Positions 59,921 to 64,000 of a stretch of 64,000 nucleotides of DNA are shown piece by piece. Under the pieces are notes generated by a model. It searched no databases. It was not told where the DNA came from and saw nothing but the letters and a program-made list of their open reading frames with translations. Made by a program: the position numbers and the translations under genes. Each line of letters opens with the position of its first letter. Position 1 is the first letter of the stretch. The stretch lies in assembly GCA_002269645.1 (NCBI GenBank), contig NIVC01000323.1:248001-312000 (forward strand). The letters are read 5' to 3'. Source of the stretch: Macrostomum lignano. Lineage: Eukaryota.

Positions 59921-61462
59921 TCACTGCAGTCTCATCCGACTGAGCTTGGCGTGAGTCCAGCTGTCTCTCTGCTCCGCTGCTGTTTCCATGGCAACCAGGC
60001 GCCCCAAGTCCGAGCCGTCTCGCCGCAGCCTCGCCCTCGCCCACAGCCTCCGCTCCTCATCTTCCCTGCTGCGGTGAGCGGAGCTGTCACTGCCGCTGCG
60101 GTTCAAAACTCGCCACCGCTTCTGCCTGACCCAGCCGATCTTCTCCTCGTCCTGCGTCTCCATGGCGACGCGTCTCTCTTTCTCGATCATCTCCATCTGC
60201 CGCAGGCTGAGATCCACGTGCTCGCGGCAGTCGCTGTAGTGAGCCAGAGTGAGCAGCTCCTCCAAGTCCGGGTCTCCAAGCAGCTGTTCAATCCAATGAT
60301 CTAATTCGATTGCAGGTGCGCGATTGCGGAGCAGCTCAGCTTGGAGACTCCAGCTCAGGCAGCGGAAGTTCACGTACAGGTGGGAGGAGAGAGGCTGCGA
60401 CAGTCTGGCTGTGAACAGAGTCTTCATGAACTCGGGAAGGAATGGAAAGCGAGGCGGAGAGTCGCAGGGGAGGCAGAACCTCCACGCCCAGTCTGAGTCT
60501 GTTTGCAATTTTATCAATATACTCCAGTTTCTACTCTCGTCTCGAATATCCTGTGGCTTCAACCCTGACTCAACCTGATGTCTCTGCAGCTCCATCGCGA
60601 GTCTCTCAGCCTCCTCAGATTCTCCGAACTTCAAATGCGCCATGGCGGTCATGCACAGGGCGGCGCACTTGCACCACTGCAGCTCATGCAGGAGACTGAG
60701 CTGCCTCATCACGGTGTCTCTGTCGCTCGATTCCGACTGCAGCTCGCTCACACACTGGTGCACCACACTGTACACGTCTGCGAACTTGTAGTAAAACTCT
60801 GAAGCATAACTTCCTTTCCTGATCTCCGTGACAGCAAGCGGGGCTGTCAGAGGCAGCAGAGTGAACGGGTGAAAGTAGAACTTCTCTGGCTGCAGAGGTC
60901 TCACGAGTCTCCTCAGCTGCTCGACCACTCCGCTGATGTCGCTTCTCAGCTCACAAAGTCGGTCTCGAACCCTCGCCTTCGTGTTTTCGAAGTCGCCGCC
61001 AATTCCAGCGTTCTTGAAGTAGAGCGGAGCGTCGGGCATGAAGAAGTGCGGCATGCACTCATCGGGCGAGCTGCTCGAGTCGATGAAGCTCAGCATCAAG
61101 TCGAGAGACTCCTTGAGCAGAGCGATCAGATTGTGGGGCTGCCAAGCCTCACTTGAAGGATCTGTTCCATGCTTCTCCAGCATTGTGAAGAGCAGAGTCT
61201 TTGCATGGTAGGTCTTGAGTCCAGGTGTGTCCAGAGTGAGCGGCAAGTGTCTCTTGAAGATGAACTTGGTGAGTGTGAACAGCTGGCCCTGGACTGTGCT
61301 CAGCCGTCTCATGATGTCTTTCTCTTGGAAGCTGAAGCTCACTCTGAGCTCGTTGGTCGAGCTCGGTCTGGTCGCCCGTACGAGGTGAACTTTGCCATAA
61401 TGCTTAATTTTATAATTAATGTCGTCATCATCATCATCATCATCATCACCATCATAATCATT

Positions 61463-61498
<36 letters not shown>

Positions 61499-61644
61499 GT
61501 CATCAGTGTCACCATCAAAAATACTGAATGGAATCAGTTTTCTCATTCTGGCCTTGCAGAAACTTCTGCAGCACTGGATCGCATGGCATGTGTCCTGTGC
61601 AGGCCGCACACCGCATGCCGTGGCTGTCACTGCAGGTTGGCTGC
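59921..61644 (-). CDS. Ankyrin-cGLR gene, last exon: NTase third acidic residue, Mab-21 C-domain, helical tail
   Basis: ctctgcag acceptor, phase 1; QDTCHAIQC (aligns with DhVPAhxC), VHLV..LRVSFSFQEK, LKTYHAKTLLF, W..HNL, MPHFFMP. Confidence 0.85.
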
Positions 61645-62293
61645 CTGCAGAGCGTAGTTAGCGGAGAGTGGCTTTATGGCGAGTGAAAAATATAAGTTTG
61701 TTTGAAACTGCTTGAATGTGCTGGTTGAGTTCGTTCTGCTCATGTGTCAGTGCTACTACTGTAATCAATGAATGAAGCAAAGTATTCGTTAAAGTGCTTG
61801 CAGGGGCACCGCTATGGGGTTGATGATGGGGAGAGAAAGCGAAAAGTTATTAAACTTCCTTTCAGATCAGATTTTAACGTACTGCGCATAGTAAGCATTG
61901 TAATTATAACATCTGAGGTGCTGAGGCAGTACATTGGATAAATAATCAGCGGTCTCCGTCCGTGACAACGATTGTCTGGCGTATATTACCTCGTGCTCAT
62001 TATCTTAAAGAGTCACGAAATACAATGAAAAGAACACTAAGTGTCTGTTGAGATGAGCTGTTGAGAAGGCTGAAAAGGAACTGAAGGACTGGAAGTCAAT
62101 TCCAAAGACAATCAAACAAGTTGCCTGATTGGTTGCCAGAATTTTTTTCAAAGTGGAATGAGAGCTGGATGTTTTTCAGAATGGTTTTAAATTCAGGTTG
62201 AACTTGTGAACTCAAAAATTCAGAAACTTCGTATTGAATAAAAAATCGATTGAGCAATTCATGGATTGGCATAGGGAGCCGAGCGTCACTCAC

Positions 62294-62673
62294 CTGCTCC
62301 GACTGGCACCTGTGCGTGGCCCTCCTTGACCTGCAGCGGAGTGGCGTCTTTGCAGGAATCCCGGAAGCTTTCTTGTCCATCGCAGCCGCCTTCTAGATGG
62401 AACTTTTGCCCAGCAACCAGCACAGTCCAGTCAATGTCCGAGTCTGCAGCTGTCCTGCCGTTTACTTGCACCAGACTGTTGGCCCAGCCCTCTGCGTAGC
62501 TGCCCGTCATCTGCCTGCAATTGCCATCCTGTGCGACGTCTTTTGCTACTTGTTGCAGCCAGTCAGCCAGTCTCTGCTGACGCTTTGCTCTCTGCTCGGT
62601 GAATCCCGCCTCGCTGAGCAGTCGATGCAGCTCCTCGCTGAGACGGCGGTCTTGCTCGGAGTGGTCTGAGAGT
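62294..62673 (-). CDS. Ankyrin-cGLR gene: nucleotidyltransferase active-site exon
   Basis: MTGSYAEG..DSDID (GS..DxD motif); ccacccag acceptor; G|gtgagt donor. Confidence 0.88.
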
Positions 62674-62762
62674 CTGGGTGGAGAGGTGAGAAAGGAGTCA
62701 GTGGAGGTGGATTTGCAGCGTGGCCCAAGCTCAACCCAAGGGAGGAAGACAGTCAGACTCAC

Positions 62763-62804
62763 GGATGGAGGCGTTGAGCGACTGTCTGCGGGTGCTTTGG
62801 GTTT
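62763..62804 (-). CDS. Ankyrin-cGLR gene: 42-nt linker exon
   Basis: attccag acceptor and CC|gtgagt donor; phase 2/2 join keeps the ANK and NTase frames continuous. Confidence 0.7.
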
Positions 62805-62878
62805 CTGGAATGTGTGAAGGAAAGCGAGGTAAGGTAGCGAAGTGATTGCGAGTAGAATGGCAACTAATGCAAACTGAC

Positions 62879-64000
62879 TTGGTGGGATTCAGCAGCCGCA
62901 GCACCTGCCGCTGCTCAAATCGCTGTGCGAGCTGCTCACACATGAGGCCCTGACTGTCTCGATGGCTGGAATCGGCTCCATTGTCGATGAGAGTCTTGGC
63001 TGCTCGCACGTGACCGGCTTGGCAGGCTCGTGACAGAGCAGTGCGACCGTGAGTGTCTTGAGCGTGCAGTGAGGCGCCGAGTTGGATGAGTTGGTGAATG
63101 AGCTCGTGATGACCTGCATCAGCTGCGAGCATGAGAGCGGTGGCTCCGGTGTTGTCGTCTGGAAGATCGACATGCTGTGTGCTGAATCGCTCATAATTGA
63201 GCAGTGTGGAAGCAAGAGCGACGTGTCTTTGAGAGATGGAGAGACGGAGCAGGCATGTTATTTGATCTGGTTGCATTCGAGAGAGGGTGTCGTTGAGCAC
63301 AAAGTTCCTGCCTTCAATGGCCTTTGCTGCAGTGAAGCTGAGGATGGAGCTGTATTTGAAAAGCCATTCCGGTTCGAGTACGAGGGAGGCAACGACATTT
63401 TCGCGAAGACGAGAGCAAGCCGGGACTGCGCATTGGAAACGGAGATTCGCTCTCTGATCCGGACTCGAGAGACACGCAATGAGAAAATCGACGATTTCAA
63501 AGTGACCCTCTTTTGCAGCGTTTTTGGCAGCATTGATGCAGCAGGTGTCCCTGTTTGGTTGGTCATTGATTTGCATGACGAGAAACTTGACGATTTCAAA
63601 GTGACCCCGGTCTGCAGCAATACCGGCAGCTTTGGTGCAGTAGGTCTCCCTGATTGGTTGGTCATTGATTTGTGGAACTAAAAACTTGATGATTTCATAG
63701 TGACCAGGAAGTACAGCCCATTCGGCAGCGTTTTTGCAGCAGGCGTCCCTTTTTAATCGGTCATTGATTCGTGAGACGAGAAACTTGACGATTTCAAAGT
63801 GACCCCGGTCTGCAGCATTTACGGCAGCTTCGATGCAGCAGGTGTCCCTGTTTGATTGGTCATTGAATTGTGGAACTAGAAACTTGATGATTTCAAAGTG
63901 ACCATAAAGTAGAGCGCTTTCGGCAGCTTTATTACAGCAGGTGTCCCTGTTTGATCGGTCATTGATTTGTGAGACGAGAAACTTGACGTCTTCAACATGA
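62879..64000 (-). CDS. Ankyrin-cGLR gene: ankyrin-repeat exon (5' incomplete, open to window end)
   Basis: At least five 33-aa GHFEIxKFLV repeats, then canonical ANKs (TGATALMLAADAGH, HGRTALSRACQAGH); ends AA|gtcagt. Confidence 0.88.

Noticed and set aside
61375-61400. Catalytic Asp replaced by His (VHLV) in the cGLR
   Set aside because: VHLV aligns with the non-catalytic HLVP motif; the third acidic residue is better matched by QDTCHAI

Overview
Repeat-rich animal genomic DNA with spliceosomal GT-AG introns and no prokaryotic features. The style of its RTE elements, ankyrin-Mab21 gene and minisatellites suggests a free-living flatworm such as Macrostomum, but that is inference only. Main contents: (1) A receptor guanylyl cyclase locus (NPR/ANF-receptor type, + strand, about 14.1-42.6 kb) with nine constant exons. 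It is preceded by two different, highly diverged two-exon N-terminal cassettes, each of which splices in frame onto the same constant exon (predicted 1163 aa and 1159 aa isoforms). (2) A cGAS/Mab-21-like nucleotidyltransferase (cGLR) fused to a variable 33-aa ankyrin-type array (- strand, running off the window end). (3) An intronless secreted PAN/Apple + C-type lectin gene. (4) A near-intact LOA/Lian-type LINE with a TAATG stop-start junction, three RTE fragments, a tRNA-derived SINE, Tc1 and LTR remnants, a MITE, and minimal hammerhead ribozyme motifs. (5) About 20 micro- and minisatellite arrays, which explain most long ORFs in the track as artefacts. Exon joins were made by hand from splice consensus and phase; no database searches were run.
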